Virus record (IMG/VR): IMGVR_UViG_3300020474_000001
Location: 62,001-126,000 of that record
Direction: 5' to 3' (one strand)
Length of the DNA stretch: 64,000 nucleotides
The translations under genes and the position numbers were made by a program. A model generated the notes under the pieces. The model made no database searches, was not told where the DNA came from, and saw only the letters and a list, made by a program, of their open reading frames with translations. Of this stretch, positions 1-10,363 are shown in pieces (position 1 is the stretch's first letter; each line of letters starts with the position of its first letter).

Positions 1-1803
1 AGATACTCCAATTTCTTCATACAGATTGTTTGATCCGCTGAAAGTCACGTCTTCAGAACTAGTTGAAGAATCTTCAGTTTCCTCACTACTACTTTTAGTA
101 CTACGTCTGTTTTGTCTACGCTTATTCCAATTTGTAGAATTTGTAGAATTATCGCCACCTCCAGAATCGTCACTAAGAAGATCATCATCACGACGATCGA
201 AATAAACCCTAAGAAATTGTTCCCTAAAAATATTCTTTATAATATCACTAGTATATAACTCGGATATCTTTTCTTCACTAAGGAGATTATAATCCCTAAA
301 CATCAATAATAAACCGCTACTTATATTTTCATAATCTCTACCAACAATATTCTCATTATCTTTTTCATCAATAAAAGATTTTGCAGCTACTGTTAATATT
401 GGTCCAAAATATTTCATTGAAGAAACATCATTATATTTTTTAAGATCTTCAGAGTCAATATTAGATTCTTTTGAGAAGGAATATGGTTGAGGATCAATTA
501 TATTTGCACGAACATAATCACTTTTAATATCAGGAGTATCATCAGAAACCTCACCACCTTTGCTTCTAGCTTCAGTTCTAGAATCAAGTTTGACTTTTTT
601 ACCACCAAATATAGAATCGTATATAAATCCACCAAGAGACGCTCCGCCTTGACCGCCAAGATACATTCCTATCGCAGTTCCTACGCCTGGAATAGGAATC
701 AATGACCCCAGCAAACCACCTACCCAAATACCTATACCAGAACCAATTCCACGAAATGCTGCTTTACCTACTGGATCTCCAGCCGCCCAGGATAATACAA
801 ACTCCATAAGACCACCAATAAATGGTAGGTTTCTAACAATAGGTTTGAGTATTCCTGCAGCTGCTTTAATTGATTTTGCTGCGCCTCTTTTACCAAGAAC
901 CTTTACCGCAGCATTTCTACCAAAGTTGGAGATAGAAGATCTAGCATACTTGCCACCCAAACTCTTAACTGTATCAGAACCAAACCTTTGTATGGCAGCA
1001 TTTTTACCAAACCTAGAAGCATATCTTCGTGTGGCATCAACCGACACAGATCCTCGTTTAGCTCTACCAGGTCCTGATACTGACGGTCTATTTGAATTCT
1101 GTTTAGGTGGTCTAGTAGAAGCTGCAAGTAACCCAACTACAATAGCACCATTTAGAAATGTATTTAAAAGAGAAGATACCTTATCAAAATTTTCTACCCC
1201 ATCCTCTCCAAATAAATTTCCAACAATCCCACGAGTAAAATCATATGCTCTGTATCCAAAGTCAACAAGATTTACCAGTCCACTTAATATTCCCTTGCCT
1301 ATAGCATAACCACCAGAGACAAGAAAATTTACTGCAGGAGTAGCAATATTAACAATATTCGTGAGGTATGGTAAGAATTCAAGAAGTTTATAAATTAAAA
1401 ATCCAGAAGTAACATTAGCCAAAAACCCAAATAAAGAATCCCCTATGCCAAGATTTGGAACTTTAATTGGATTCTTTTTAATTATATTTTTAACAGAATT
1501 TTCAAAAGATTTTTCTCTTTTCGATCTAGTTATTCTTTCCTGATTTTGATTATTCTTTTTTTGAGATTCTTTTTCTATCTTTTTTTTCTTAGTATAGTAA
1601 TCTTTTCTTAAAACCAATACAGAAGAAATTTCTTGAGTAGTATTCAGAATTGGTGGAAGTATATTTTCTACAGATGTAAGTGTCCCTCTGATAGTATTTC
1701 CACTTAAAGGACTACTATTGATAATATTATTGCTAAGATTTCTATCTGTAGGTCTTGGTGTATACACACCCGTGCTACTAATGTTGCCTGTAATTCTAGC
1801 CAT
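1..1803 (-). CDS. Tape-measure/baseplate-hub-like structural protein (partial, runs off the left edge)
   Basis: Not in ORF track. ATG at 1803 (MARITGNISST...), no stop in the stretches read by hand down to position 1. Gly/Ala-rich hydrophobic stretches (IPIPGVGTAIGMYLGGQGGASLGG); lies downstream of gp26/gp51. Confidence 0.6.
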   Translation of the reverse strand, partial: MARITGNISSTGVYTPRPTDRNLSNNIINSSPLSGNTIRGTLTSVENILPPILNTTQEISSVLVLRKDYYTKKKKIEKESQKKNNQNQERITRSKREKSFENSVKNIIKKNPIKVPNLGIGDSLFGFLANVTSGFLIYKLLEFLPYLTNIVNIATPAVNFLVSGGYAIGKGILSGLVNLVDFGYRAYDFTRGIVGNLFGEDGVENFDKVSSLLNTFLNGAIVVGLLAASTRPPKQNSNRPSVSGPGRAKRGSVSVDATRRYASRFGKNAAIQRFGSDTVKSLGGKYARSSISNFGRNAAVKVLGKRGAAKSIKAAAGILKPIVRNLPFIGGLMEFVLSWAAGDPVGKAAFRGIGSGIGIWVGGLLGSLIPIPGVGTAIGMYLGGQGGASLGGFIYDSIFGGKKVKLDSRTEARSKGGEVSDDTPDIKSDYVRANIIDPQPYSFSKESNIDSEDLKKYNDVSSMKYFGPILTVAAKSFIDEKDNENIVGRDYENISSGLLLMFRDYNLLSEEKISELYTSDIIKNIFREQFLRVYFDRRDDDLLSDDSGGGDNSTNSTNWNKRRQNRRSTKSSSEETEDSSTSSEDVTFSGSNNLYEEIGVS

Positions 1804-1804
1804 T

Positions 1805-3712
1805 CTACATCACCCCAAGAGTCTTGAGTTTTCTTGAAGAAATAAAAGATGCATCCAGCATTTCAATATCGTTAGCAACTTCATCAGATGAAGGGATTAC
1901 AACTTGACCAGTATCACCTTCAGAAATAAATGTAACGACTGGTTCGCTCTTCACGGGTGGGTTTGGTATTAATGCACTTGAATTTTTACTTGCAAAAGAA
2001 GTGCCATCATCATACATGTTAATAATATTTTCAATATGATGGACAGCACCACGTTGGACAGCTTCGTTTGGAACAATTACATGCGCTTCACCTGGCTGAA
2101 CATTAAATGTATATTGTTGTCTATCTATAGTTGCACCTGGGATATCTATACCAGTATCCTCCTTTATCATATTGATTCTATCATTCCCAGTATCAGAAAC
2201 ACTGTTGAAGTATTTGTCTGTTTTGAAAGTATCTCCACTATAAGTATTGTTAAAGTAATTATTATTTTCAAGTAAATCTCTAAAATAATTATCAGTTTTA
2301 AAAGTATTCTTATCAGTGGTACGATTTATTATAGTATTCAAAACATTATGAACCACATTTGAACTATAATCATTTTCAGTTGATGTTGATGCGTCCATCA
2401 CAGTATCACGCATCGGAATATCAATTATAGGATCTACCTTGGGCATATTAAAAGAAGGAGAGATATTCAATCCCATCATAGAAGGATAGTTGAATTGATA
2501 CTTATCCTTACCTATAACACCGCCAGAAGCAGCATAATATACATTACCCTTAATCTTTGGTTTATTTGCATTTGGAGACCCATCCTCATTGAACTCTAGG
2601 GGATCTCTACCAGTCTCTAGTATGGCTTTATCACGAGCCTTCTCTGTTAATACAATCTCACCATCTGTTAACCAACCTAAATTCTTATCTTTACCTTTCT
2701 TACCCCTTACAACTCCACCTTCTTCAGCATCAAACATTTTCATATTGAGCATATCAGAATTGTTCATTCCTCCATTAAAAAATGCTGCCCCAATAGGATC
2801 TGCAGCAAACCCACCAAAATCAAGAGCATCATCAAATTGATTAGTTCCTGGGGAAGATTCTGGATCACTAGATGGAGAATTGATCATTTCACTGGACAAT
2901 GCAGAAGAAACTGCAGCGCCAGCAATCAAACCACCTCCCAATACAACAGCAGGAGACTTTAGTAAATTCCCAGCACCTAGTAAAAGTTTTTTCTTATTTA
3001 AATTAGCTATGCCACGTATTAAGGCAGCAACTGCTCTCACTGTTAGAGAAGTTATTGAGCGAATAAATTTACCAAAAGATGTGCCAAATAAAATATAGCT
3101 ACCAATTATTGCTGGCCACCAATCTTTTAGAAATCTTAATATATTACCGAGTTTACGTTGATTTTTTGGATCACCCATCCAGTTCAGTATATCAACAAAT
3201 ACCTTTCCAAGGAAAACATTCATAACATAATCAATGATTGTATCTAGAATGCTTTTAACAGGAGCTAACATACGCTTGCCTATTGACGTGAATAGGTTTA
3301 CCTTTTTCTCTGCATTATTCTCCCTAACTTCTCTTTCAGAATTTTCTTTATTTCGACGTTGCCTTGCTGCATTATTTTTTTTATCTTTGTTATCATCCCC
3401 CTTTTCACTTTCAAAATCTTTCTTCAGAATTTCCAATATAGCAATAGTGGACTGGTTGATATTTTCAAGCGTACTCACAATTGAATTAAAATCAACTTTC
3501 TTAACTGAAGTAGAAGTAGAACTGCCCGTTGAAGTATTGCTAGGAGTATTAGTAGGCGCAGGATTTTGATTAGTTCCCATAAACTTACCAGGGTTTATGG
3601 GATCCTTATTCTGACCAGTATACACATCAACTTTACCAGCAATTATATCATTCAAATATTGCTGAGCTTGTTGTCTTCTTGATGGGTCCATCCTACCACG
3701 TCTTCTAGCCAT
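1805..3712 (-). CDS. Baseplate hub / tail-length determinant-like structural protein
   Basis: 635 aa; coiled coil followed by amphipathic helices; directly after gp51 as in cyanomyophages. Confidence 0.55.
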   Translation of the reverse strand: MARRRGRMDPSRRQQAQQYLNDIIAGKVDVYTGQNKDPINPGKFMGTNQNPAPTNTPSNTSTGSSTSTSVKKVDFNSIVSTLENINQSTIAILEILKKDFESEKGDDNKDKKNNAARQRRNKENSEREVRENNAEKKVNLFTSIGKRMLAPVKSILDTIIDYVMNVFLGKVFVDILNWMGDPKNQRKLGNILRFLKDWWPAIIGSYILFGTSFGKFIRSITSLTVRAVAALIRGIANLNKKKLLLGAGNLLKSPAVVLGGGLIAGAAVSSALSSEMINSPSSDPESSPGTNQFDDALDFGGFAADPIGAAFFNGGMNNSDMLNMKMFDAEEGGVVRGKKGKDKNLGWLTDGEIVLTEKARDKAILETGRDPLEFNEDGSPNANKPKIKGNVYYAASGGVIGKDKYQFNYPSMMGLNISPSFNMPKVDPIIDIPMRDTVMDASTSTENDYSSNVVHNVLNTIINRTTDKNTFKTDNYFRDLLENNNYFNNTYSGDTFKTDKYFNSVSDTGNDRINMIKEDTGIDIPGATIDRQQYTFNVQPGEAHVIVPNEAVQRGAVHHIENIINMYDDGTSFASKNSSALIPNPPVKSEPVVTFISEGDTGQVVIPSSDEVANDIEMLDASFISSRKLKTLGVM

Positions 3713-3881
3713 TAGATTGCTGTCGTTTTTGTTCTTCTTCTTCCAGATGTTGTTGCAATAACATCACATAAACGTCACGCTCCCATGGCATCATATTTTC
3801 AATTTCAGTCAATGAATATTTATGATACTGCATTAAAGAAAAATTAAGTTTAAAATAACTAATTAAATTCATGTGTACCAT
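3705..3881 (-). CDS. gp51: Baseplate hub assembly catalyst gp51 (58 aa)
   Basis: Hand-translated: MVHMNLISYFKLNFSLMQYHKYSLTEIENMMPWERDVYVMLLQQHLEEEEQKRQQSNG; characteristic YSLTEIENMMPWER motif; follows gp26. Confidence 0.85.
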   Translation of the reverse strand: MVHMNLISYFKLNFSLMQYHKYSLTEIENMMPWERDVYVMLLQQHLEEEEQKRQQSNG

Positions 3882-3883
3882 TC

Positions 3884-4603
3884 CTAGGCGAAAAAAGATG
3901 CAAGTCCCTCCAATAAAACTTCACTCTCAACTTTTGTTTTTGGATTCCTAATTGTAATCGTATGAGATAATTTTGGCATCGTCTCAAAGAATTTCTCAAT
4001 AGATTTAAACTGAGATGAATTCATGGACTCAAGAAATTCAAGCATTTCTTTCTTAGTACAATCTGAAGTAGACCAAGCTTCCTCTTCTGTAAAGATAGTC
4101 CCTATACATGATGCAATCAATTCAAAAGACTTTTCCATAGTATTTTTCTTAGTAAAGTCAAAGTTATTTTTTACAAACTGATCTAGAGATGGATATTTCA
4201 TCTGCAGCATTATATTTTCATCGACTTTTATCTGATCGGTATGCTCATCATTTTTCTTAACCTTGATATCATCTAAGTTAAGTTTGACATTTACTTCAGT
4301 CTCCTCATCATCTGGACAAATCAGGTTGACTTCGATTTGTTCTCCCACAGATTTACCACGAATATTTAAAAACAAATATTCAATATCAAATGTCGGAAGG
4401 TCCTGAACCTTTATGCCTGATGTTAGAATACAATTCTTTATCACATTTTTAATACCGGTGGTAATCTGCTTCATATCCTCGCTCTCAAGAGCAATGATTA
4501 AAAGCTTTTCTTCCTTGACAAGGAAAGGTCTATATTCAATAGTTTCTCCAGTTGAAGGCAATTCAAGTTCATATGTCGGAGCAACAATTTTTGGTAATGG
4601 CAT
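3884..4603 (-). CDS. gp26: Baseplate hub subunit gp26
   Basis: MPLPKI..PTYELELPS..YRPFLVKEEK..FDIEYLFLNIRGKSVGE. Confidence 0.9.
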   Translation of the reverse strand: MPLPKIVAPTYELELPSTGETIEYRPFLVKEEKLLIIALESEDMKQITTGIKNVIKNCILTSGIKVQDLPTFDIEYLFLNIRGKSVGEQIEVNLICPDDEETEVNVKLNLDDIKVKKNDEHTDQIKVDENIMLQMKYPSLDQFVKNNFDFTKKNTMEKSFELIASCIGTIFTEEEAWSTSDCTKKEMLEFLESMNSSQFKSIEKFFETMPKLSHTITIRNPKTKVESEVLLEGLASFFA

Positions 4604-4643
4604 AATAACCTATAGATATGTTCAGTATGATTATTTAGTTGTG

Positions 4644-5441
4644 TCAGATACGATTTCCTTCGCGATCAGAGACTACTCTTCCTGTAGCATCTCTAAGTGG
4701 TTCTGACAATGGTCCCCTATAACCAGTAGCATTATCAGTTGAAATAAATCTTTCATCTTCTCCATTTGTGTTACCAACAATTGAATCGTTAATTTTAGAT
4801 GATCTCTTTTGTTCTTCAGGTAATGATTCTTGTTTTGAAGTTAGTTGTTGAAGATTTTTATTTGAAATGGCATATCTTGAATATGACATTGTTACAACAC
4901 ATTTCAATAAAGAAGAAGTATTGTAACTAATAGGCATTGAATTTATACTTAGTGGAAATGCATCAAAAAAGCTATATTCTAATCGTGCAGTATGTGTACC
5001 ACTTTTATTAATATCCCTTTCAAATTTATAAACTTTAAATTCATTCCTATAATACCTCGGATACTGCATTCTATATGCCGTAGCAGTATATTGAGAAATA
5101 TAATCCATCCAGTATTCGAAGTAAATTATTGGACCATATAGATCAGAATCCACGTAAAATTCTAATTCTATTTTATTATCAAACTGTCTCCTGTGTGCAT
5201 GAAATTCAGATACTCCAGTATGATCATTCATAATCTCATGTGTCATGAGACTTGATCCAGGTAGAGATGCAGATGAGCACAAAATACTAATAGATTCCTG
5301 ATCTACTTTAACTTTAACTTTACCATCGATAAATTTTCTCACTTTATCTGGAAGAGGTATATCAACCTTGTAAAGTGATGTTAGAGATGGACTGAGAATT
5401 GTATTCTTTAAGTCAGCAATACTTTTCTTTTTAATTGACAC
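4644..5441 (-). CDS. Tail-tube/baseplate tube initiator-like protein (gp54/gp19 fold)
   Basis: LCSSASLPG, FEYWMDYI and DAFPLSINSMPISY motifs typical of the T4 tube-fold family; synteny. Confidence 0.65.
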   Translation of the reverse strand: MSIKKKSIADLKNTILSPSLTSLYKVDIPLPDKVRKFIDGKVKVKVDQESISILCSSASLPGSSLMTHEIMNDHTGVSEFHAHRRQFDNKIELEFYVDSDLYGPIIYFEYWMDYISQYTATAYRMQYPRYYRNEFKVYKFERDINKSGTHTARLEYSFFDAFPLSINSMPISYNTSSLLKCVVTMSYSRYAISNKNLQQLTSKQESLPEEQKRSSKINDSIVGNTNGEDERFISTDNATGYRGPLSEPLRDATGRVVSDREGNRI

Positions 5442-5477
5442 TGCTAAATATTTTTTTAGAATGTTTATATACTATGT

Positions 5478-5918
5478 ATGGGAGAAAGTAAGAAAAGTAT
5501 TTACCGACCTTCATTTCCTCAAAAATATAATGGAAATGTGAGCAATATTATCTGTAGAAGTAATTGGGAAAGAAAGTTTTGTAAATGGTGTGACACAAAT
5601 CCAAATATATTAGAGTGGAGTTCAGAAGAATTATGGATTCGTTATATATCACCAGTTGATAATAAATCTCATAGATACTTTCCAGATTTTATAATTAAAG
5701 TTAAAGAATCTGATGGGAAAGTTAAAAGGTATTTGATTGAAGTAAAACCAAAGAAACAAACAAAGCCACCAGTGCAAAAGAAGAAATCTAAAAAATCATA
5801 TATCTATGAGTGTACAACCTATGCAGTGAATCAAGCGAAGTGGAAAGCAGCAAAAGAATGGTGTGATGATCGCAAAATAGAATTTAAACTTATCACAGAA
5901 GAAGAATTAGGTCTATGA
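5478..5918 (+). CDS. gp4: Head completion nuclease gp4
   Basis: RSNWERKFCKWCD, HRYFPDF, EVKPKKQT, NQAKWKAA. Confidence 0.92.
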   Translation: MGESKKSIYRPSFPQKYNGNVSNIICRSNWERKFCKWCDTNPNILEWSSEELWIRYISPVDNKSHRYFPDFIIKVKESDGKVKRYLIEVKPKKQTKPPVQKKKSKKSYIYECTTYAVNQAKWKAAKEWCDDRKIEFKLITEEELGL

Positions 5919-6433
5919 ATTTCTTTAAAGAAATAAACAGAGCCACTATAAGAGGATCATATGATAGGGCTGTTCAAATCACAAAAGCAGTTAGAAGAAG
6001 TGTAAGGGGATTTGTATCTAATAGAAAGTTAGGAGAAATTTCAAATACATCGGTTCCAACAGAACATGATATTCTAACAAAAAATAAAATCCTCCCAGTT
6101 ATCGATGATCTATTAAATGATAATATGTCGATAGATCAAAGAATGAATTTACTATTGAAAACACTTGGGACAGAAAGACAAACCTATTTTCCACAGATTG
6201 GTAGATATTATACTTATAAGTATGTGATAACAACAAAGCAAGAGAAGTGGGACTATCATCCTTTGATCATTTGCAATGGATACACAAAATCTGGATGGAA
6301 AGGTATCAGTATGCACTGGGATGAATTTAGAGATTACTCATTCAAAGGACTACAAACTCCTCTATATGAAATTTATGATGAAGAACTTAAATATATTATT
6401 GACGTAGACTACATGAAAATTGTATTTTCATAA
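5915..6433 (+). CDS. DNA end protector gp2-like protein
   Basis: PQIGRYYTYKY...WDYHPLI..GISMHW resembles the gp2 core; lies between gp4 and gp48. Confidence 0.55.
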   Translation: MNFFKEINRATIRGSYDRAVQITKAVRRSVRGFVSNRKLGEISNTSVPTEHDILTKNKILPVIDDLLNDNMSIDQRMNLLLKTLGTERQTYFPQIGRYYTYKYVITTKQEKWDYHPLIICNGYTKSGWKGISMHWDEFRDYSFKGLQTPLYEIYDEELKYIIDVDYMKIVFS

Positions 6434-6462
6434 GATAAATAAATAAAAAAACTCATATCCAA

Positions 6463-8040
6463 ATGGCAAAGAGAAGCGTTGGAGAAAAAATAGATGTCCA
6501 AAGATTTGGATATGAAAGAGCGAGTGGATTGGACTTTGTAAAAAACGATGATCGCACATCAACAATATCATATGGAGATGGTGACAACAAGGAAACGAAA
6601 AAACTAAGTCTTGTTGTAACTCCTGAGATGGAGGTAGAAGAGGTGGATGCAGATGGAAATCCAACAAAGTTAAAACCAACAGGAAAACAAACTACAGTAA
6701 TTTATGACTGTGAAACTTATACTCAAGAAGGAAATAGAACTACAGGTGACCAGATTAAACAGAGGGCAGTAAGTCAAGAAAACATTGATAATGGTAAGTG
6801 TACAAAAATAGCATCTAAAACAACAAATCCAGAAAAAATTGGTGATACTGTAAATCCAGATTATAATGAAGAGACAAACAATAGATGGATTGTAGAAGAG
6901 GGTGTAGATATTCCTGAGCGTTTAAAGGATGAATTAGAAGCAGGAGGAACTACTACTGCATCTAGAAGTGTATCAGACTCCGAAAGGAAAATTAAAGAAG
7001 GAGACCGTAGAGTACGAGCAGAAGAACTAAAGAGTGATGATCCACTGATAAAAGCTACTGCTGAGGCACTGGAGGCACTGAAAGAAAAGGGAGAGTTGGA
7101 TCAAACTAGTGGTGGTCTAACAACAGCAAATACTAATGGTGTAGACGCTCTACTTAACGTAGGAAAAAAGAGAAGAGACAGTTATACAAATAGTGCGGGA
7201 ATATCATATCCAAAAGACTTAAAAAACCAAGACTATATCGAATTTAAAATTTATGAGTATAGTCCTAGAAAATTATCTACAACTAATACAAAGCAGGCTG
7301 GCATTGAAGACAGAACCCCAGCAACAAAAAGAGACGACAAGGGAACAATAAGATTACCAATACCAGGAAATATTCAAGATAGTAATGGAGTAGAGTGGGC
7401 AAAGGGAGATATAAATCCACTTCAAGCAGAAGTAGCAGCTGCTGCCTTAGGGTTTATTAGTGGTGGAGAAAATTCGGACACAGTGACGACGAACTTTAAA
7501 GAAAAAATAATGAACAATAAAATACTAGGAGATGCTAAAACTGTCACTGCAAATTTATTTACTGCAAGAGCGACTAAAACAAAAGGTCTCCTTAGTAGAG
7601 CAACTGGAGCAGTAATCAATCCAAATTCAGAACTGCTATTCAAGGGACCAAAGCTTAGAACATTCAACTTTTCGTATGAACTTTCTGCTAGAGATGAAGA
7701 TGAAGCTAAAATAATAGTAAATATCATTAGAGCATTTAAACAAGCATCCTCAGTACAAAAATCAAAGACGAGAATATTTCTAGGAGCTCCATGCACCTTC
7801 ACAATTAAATATAGGAATCCTGAAAATAAAGAACATAAATTTATTGGAAAAATAAAAGAATGTGCTCTAGTTAATATTGCAGTTAACTATGCACCAGCAC
7901 AATATTCAACATACAATGATGGATGTATGACAAAATACAATCTAACTTTACAATTCCAAGAACTTGAACCAGTACATAATAGTGATTATATGGAATGGGA
8001 TGAGGAAAATAAAGATAACATAAATTCAATAGGATACTAA
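6463..8040 (+). CDS. gp48: Baseplate tail tube cap gp48
   Basis: C-terminal LPIPGNIQD, INPNSELLFKGPKLRTFNF, LQFQELEP. Confidence 0.85.
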   Translation: MAKRSVGEKIDVQRFGYERASGLDFVKNDDRTSTISYGDGDNKETKKLSLVVTPEMEVEEVDADGNPTKLKPTGKQTTVIYDCETYTQEGNRTTGDQIKQRAVSQENIDNGKCTKIASKTTNPEKIGDTVNPDYNEETNNRWIVEEGVDIPERLKDELEAGGTTTASRSVSDSERKIKEGDRRVRAEELKSDDPLIKATAEALEALKEKGELDQTSGGLTTANTNGVDALLNVGKKRRDSYTNSAGISYPKDLKNQDYIEFKIYEYSPRKLSTTNTKQAGIEDRTPATKRDDKGTIRLPIPGNIQDSNGVEWAKGDINPLQAEVAAAALGFISGGENSDTVTTNFKEKIMNNKILGDAKTVTANLFTARATKTKGLLSRATGAVINPNSELLFKGPKLRTFNFSYELSARDEDEAKIIVNIIRAFKQASSVQKSKTRIFLGAPCTFTIKYRNPENKEHKFIGKIKECALVNIAVNYAPAQYSTYNDGCMTKYNLTLQFQELEPVHNSDYMEWDEENKDNINSIGY

Positions 8041-8041
8041 A

Positions 8042-8692
8042 ATGTCAAACTACTTTTCAAAACTACCAAACTTTGAATATGTAAGTCGTCTTCCTGACGC
8101 GAAGATATCTGACTATATTGCTGTAAAGAACTTATTTAAACGTGGAGCAATTCCAGAAGATATCTTAGATACTGTTGCACTATTCACCAAGTATCAGATT
8201 GTGGGAGATGATAGACCAGATAATGTAGCATTCTTCGAATATGGTGATCAGGATTTAGATTGGATCGTGCTGGCATGTAATAATATTATAAACATACAAT
8301 CAGAATGGCCTATGACACAGGAGGTATTTAATGATTATCTTCTAAGCAAATATGGGTCATATGAAAATATGAATCAAATTCATCATTATGAAACTGTAGA
8401 GTTAAGGACATTCGATGATTTGCTAATTCTTGAAGGTGGATTGATTGTAGACGAAGACTTCACATTCACACATAGTTACGGAGATATTCAAACACACTCT
8501 CCAGTGACTACTGTGACAAATTATGAATACGAAGAAATGCTAGAAGATAAGAAGAGATCTATATTTTTACTCAAACCAGAATATGTTGCAATCGTTAAAG
8601 ATGATTTCGAAAGTATCATGGGATATATGAAAGGTTCTGAGGGATATCTCAATAAAAATATGAAGAGAGGAGATAACATCAGACTCTACTAG
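8042..8692 (+). CDS. gp53: Baseplate wedge subunit gp53
   Basis: YFSKLPNFEY, RPDNVAF..YG...WIVL..NNI, IHHYET. Confidence 0.9.
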   Translation: MSNYFSKLPNFEYVSRLPDAKISDYIAVKNLFKRGAIPEDILDTVALFTKYQIVGDDRPDNVAFFEYGDQDLDWIVLACNNIINIQSEWPMTQEVFNDYLLSKYGSYENMNQIHHYETVELRTFDDLLILEGGLIVDEDFTFTHSYGDIQTHSPVTTVTNYEYEEMLEDKKRSIFLLKPEYVAIVKDDFESIMGYMKGSEGYLNKNMKRGDNIRLY

Positions 8693-8696
8693 ACAA

Positions 8697-8724
8697 TAAA
8701 AAACCACCCTTTCGGGTGGTTCAA
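8697..8724. terminator. Intrinsic terminator between convergent gp53 and gp32
   Basis: AACCACCC-TTTC-GGGTGGTT hairpin with an A-run on its left (U-tract on the minus strand). Confidence 0.8.
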
Positions 8725-8744
8725 CCTATTATTTATACACTTAA

Positions 8745-9683
8745 TTATGCATCAGCGAGTTTTTGGAAGTAACTCAGTGCATCATCTTCATCCTCGTCAC
8801 TAGTAGAAGTAGATTGAGGTGTGATATCAGTTGCATTGAAGTCATTCTCAACTGGTGCGGGTCGATCAAATTTTGGTTTGAAGGAACCACGACCTTCGCT
8901 TTCATCACTCAACTCCTCATCATAAACAGCAGGGCGGTTAACTGCTTTTTTAGCAAGAACTACATTCAAACGAGTCTGCAACTGTTCATATGTCTTGAAC
9001 TTATCAGGAGCAGTGATCTCTTCCAGGGAATACTCCTGGTTCCAGATTGCTTCCATTGCATCATCGTCATCAAGCAGAGGTTCAGATGCACTAAACTCTG
9101 ACTTATCGTAGTTCCAGTAACCATCCTTACGGACAATCTTCAGTTTGAAGTTTGCACCTTCCCAGAAATCAAAAGGATTGATGGGGGTTTCATCTTCAAA
9201 CTCTGGTTGCATGGCTTCCATGATCTTATCAAAGATCTTCTTTCCATACTTGAAGAGGAATACTCGTCCCTCATTTCCAGGATTTGATTTGTCCTGCACG
9301 ACATAGATATTGCTGTAATAGCTCAGCTTACGCTTCTGCTTACGAACAGTATCTTTATCGGATTCACTGCCGCTATTCCAAAGTTCACGATTGTATTCAC
9401 CAAGGGGATCTTTCTGACCAATGGTAGTCAGAGAGTTTTCAATATACCAACCACCAGGACCTTGGAATGCATGTGCATACATCTTTGCCCAAGGCAGTTC
9501 TTCCCCATCCGGCGGAGGAAGGAAACGGATAACGGCATAACCATTACCTGCTTTATCAACTTCTGGTTTCCAAAGACGCTCATCAGCGCCATTGCCAGAG
9601 TTATTCATTTTCTCTACTTCCTTTACCAATTTAGAAGTAAGGGAACCGAGACCGGACTGTTTCTTGAGATTTGCGAAAGACAT
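8745..9683 (-). CDS. gp32: Single-stranded DNA-binding protein gp32
   Basis: GNGYAVIRFLP, WYIENSLTT, YGKKIFDKI, NYDKSEF; acidic C-terminal tail. Confidence 0.95.
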   Translation of the reverse strand: MSFANLKKQSGLGSLTSKLVKEVEKMNNSGNGADERLWKPEVDKAGNGYAVIRFLPPPDGEELPWAKMYAHAFQGPGGWYIENSLTTIGQKDPLGEYNRELWNSGSESDKDTVRKQKRKLSYYSNIYVVQDKSNPGNEGRVFLFKYGKKIFDKIMEAMQPEFEDETPINPFDFWEGANFKLKIVRKDGYWNYDKSEFSASEPLLDDDDAMEAIWNQEYSLEEITAPDKFKTYEQLQTRLNVVLAKKAVNRPAVYDEELSDESEGRGSFKPKFDRPAPVENDFNATDITPQSTSTSDEDEDDALSYFQKLADA

Positions 9684-9725
9684 AGGATTTGGATTAGTTT
9701 GGATTTGGCTTGTGTTGACAAAGTT

Positions 9726-9754
9726 ATTCTACAGGTCTGAACCTGTTTCGTCAA
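9726..9754 (-). promoter_or_regulatory. Sigma70-like promoter for gp32
   Basis: TTGACG-17nt-TAGAAT on the minus strand. Confidence 0.65.
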
Positions 9755-10073
9755 TTTTACTTTTTAGTTTCTTTAGCATTTCCGTCATGTTGGAAAAGAC
9801 AACATTCATATCCATATCAGATGGCATACCTAGCATGGTTGCCGATTCAATAATCTTTTCCTTCATGACGATTGCATCTTTATCATCAGATAAACTTAAA
9901 CGAGTAAAGAGTATTTTTTGTTTCTCTAACAGATGTTCAAGTTTTTCTACATGCTGCATTTTGTCTTCTCTAGACATAGAAGAAAATCCAAATATATCAT
10001 TGTATATTTCTTCTTGAAGTTGACTTATGCGATGCATTTCTTCTCGAACAACTTCTGAATCAAAAAAACTCAT
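9729..10073 (-). CDS. DUF1825-like conserved cyanobacterial/cyanophage protein
   Basis: MSFFDSEVV...LLEKQKILFTRLSLSDD. Confidence 0.7.
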   Translation of the reverse strand: MSFFDSEVVREEMHRISQLQEEIYNDIFGFSSMSREDKMQHVEKLEHLLEKQKILFTRLSLSDDKDAIVMKEKIIESATMLGMPSDMDMNVVFSNMTEMLKKLKSKIDETGSDL

Positions 10074-10093
10074 TGTTCTACCCCCTTAAGGTG

Positions 10094-10363
10094 TCAAACT
10101 GCAGCAACTTCTTCGGTTACTGCTTCTGGTGCGTCAGTTGCATCTTCTGCAGATACTTCTTCGCCTTCTGGTGTTTCGACCTTGCTGTCCTCGATTTGAC
10201 CAAGAACTTCAAGTGCTCCGCTGATCTTGCCGTGCATGATGCGAAGACGCTCACATTCTTGCTCAAGCAGTTGCTTTTGGCTAGCAAATTGCTCGAATTT
10301 AGTTTCAATATCCTCTTTCTGCTTAGTGAGGTTTTCAATAACTTCAGTGTTTTCAAGTGCCAT
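10094..10363 (-). CDS. Hypothetical coiled-coil protein
   Basis: 89 aa heptad-rich with acidic tail; coupled to gp59. Confidence 0.6.
   Translation of the reverse strand: MALENTEVIENLTKQKEDIETKFEQFASQKQLLEQECERLRIMHGKISGALEVLGQIEDSKVETPEGEEVSAEDATDAPEAVTEEVAAV

Noticed and set aside
2200-2310. Short internal duplication (TFKTDNYF / TFKTDKYF)
   Set aside because: Low-complexity Asn/Thr-rich linker repeat inside a structural protein.
487-3569. Plus-strand ORFs at 487, 845, 2036, 2589, 2880 and 3234
   Set aside because: Antisense shadows of the long minus-strand structural genes; no motifs or RBS.
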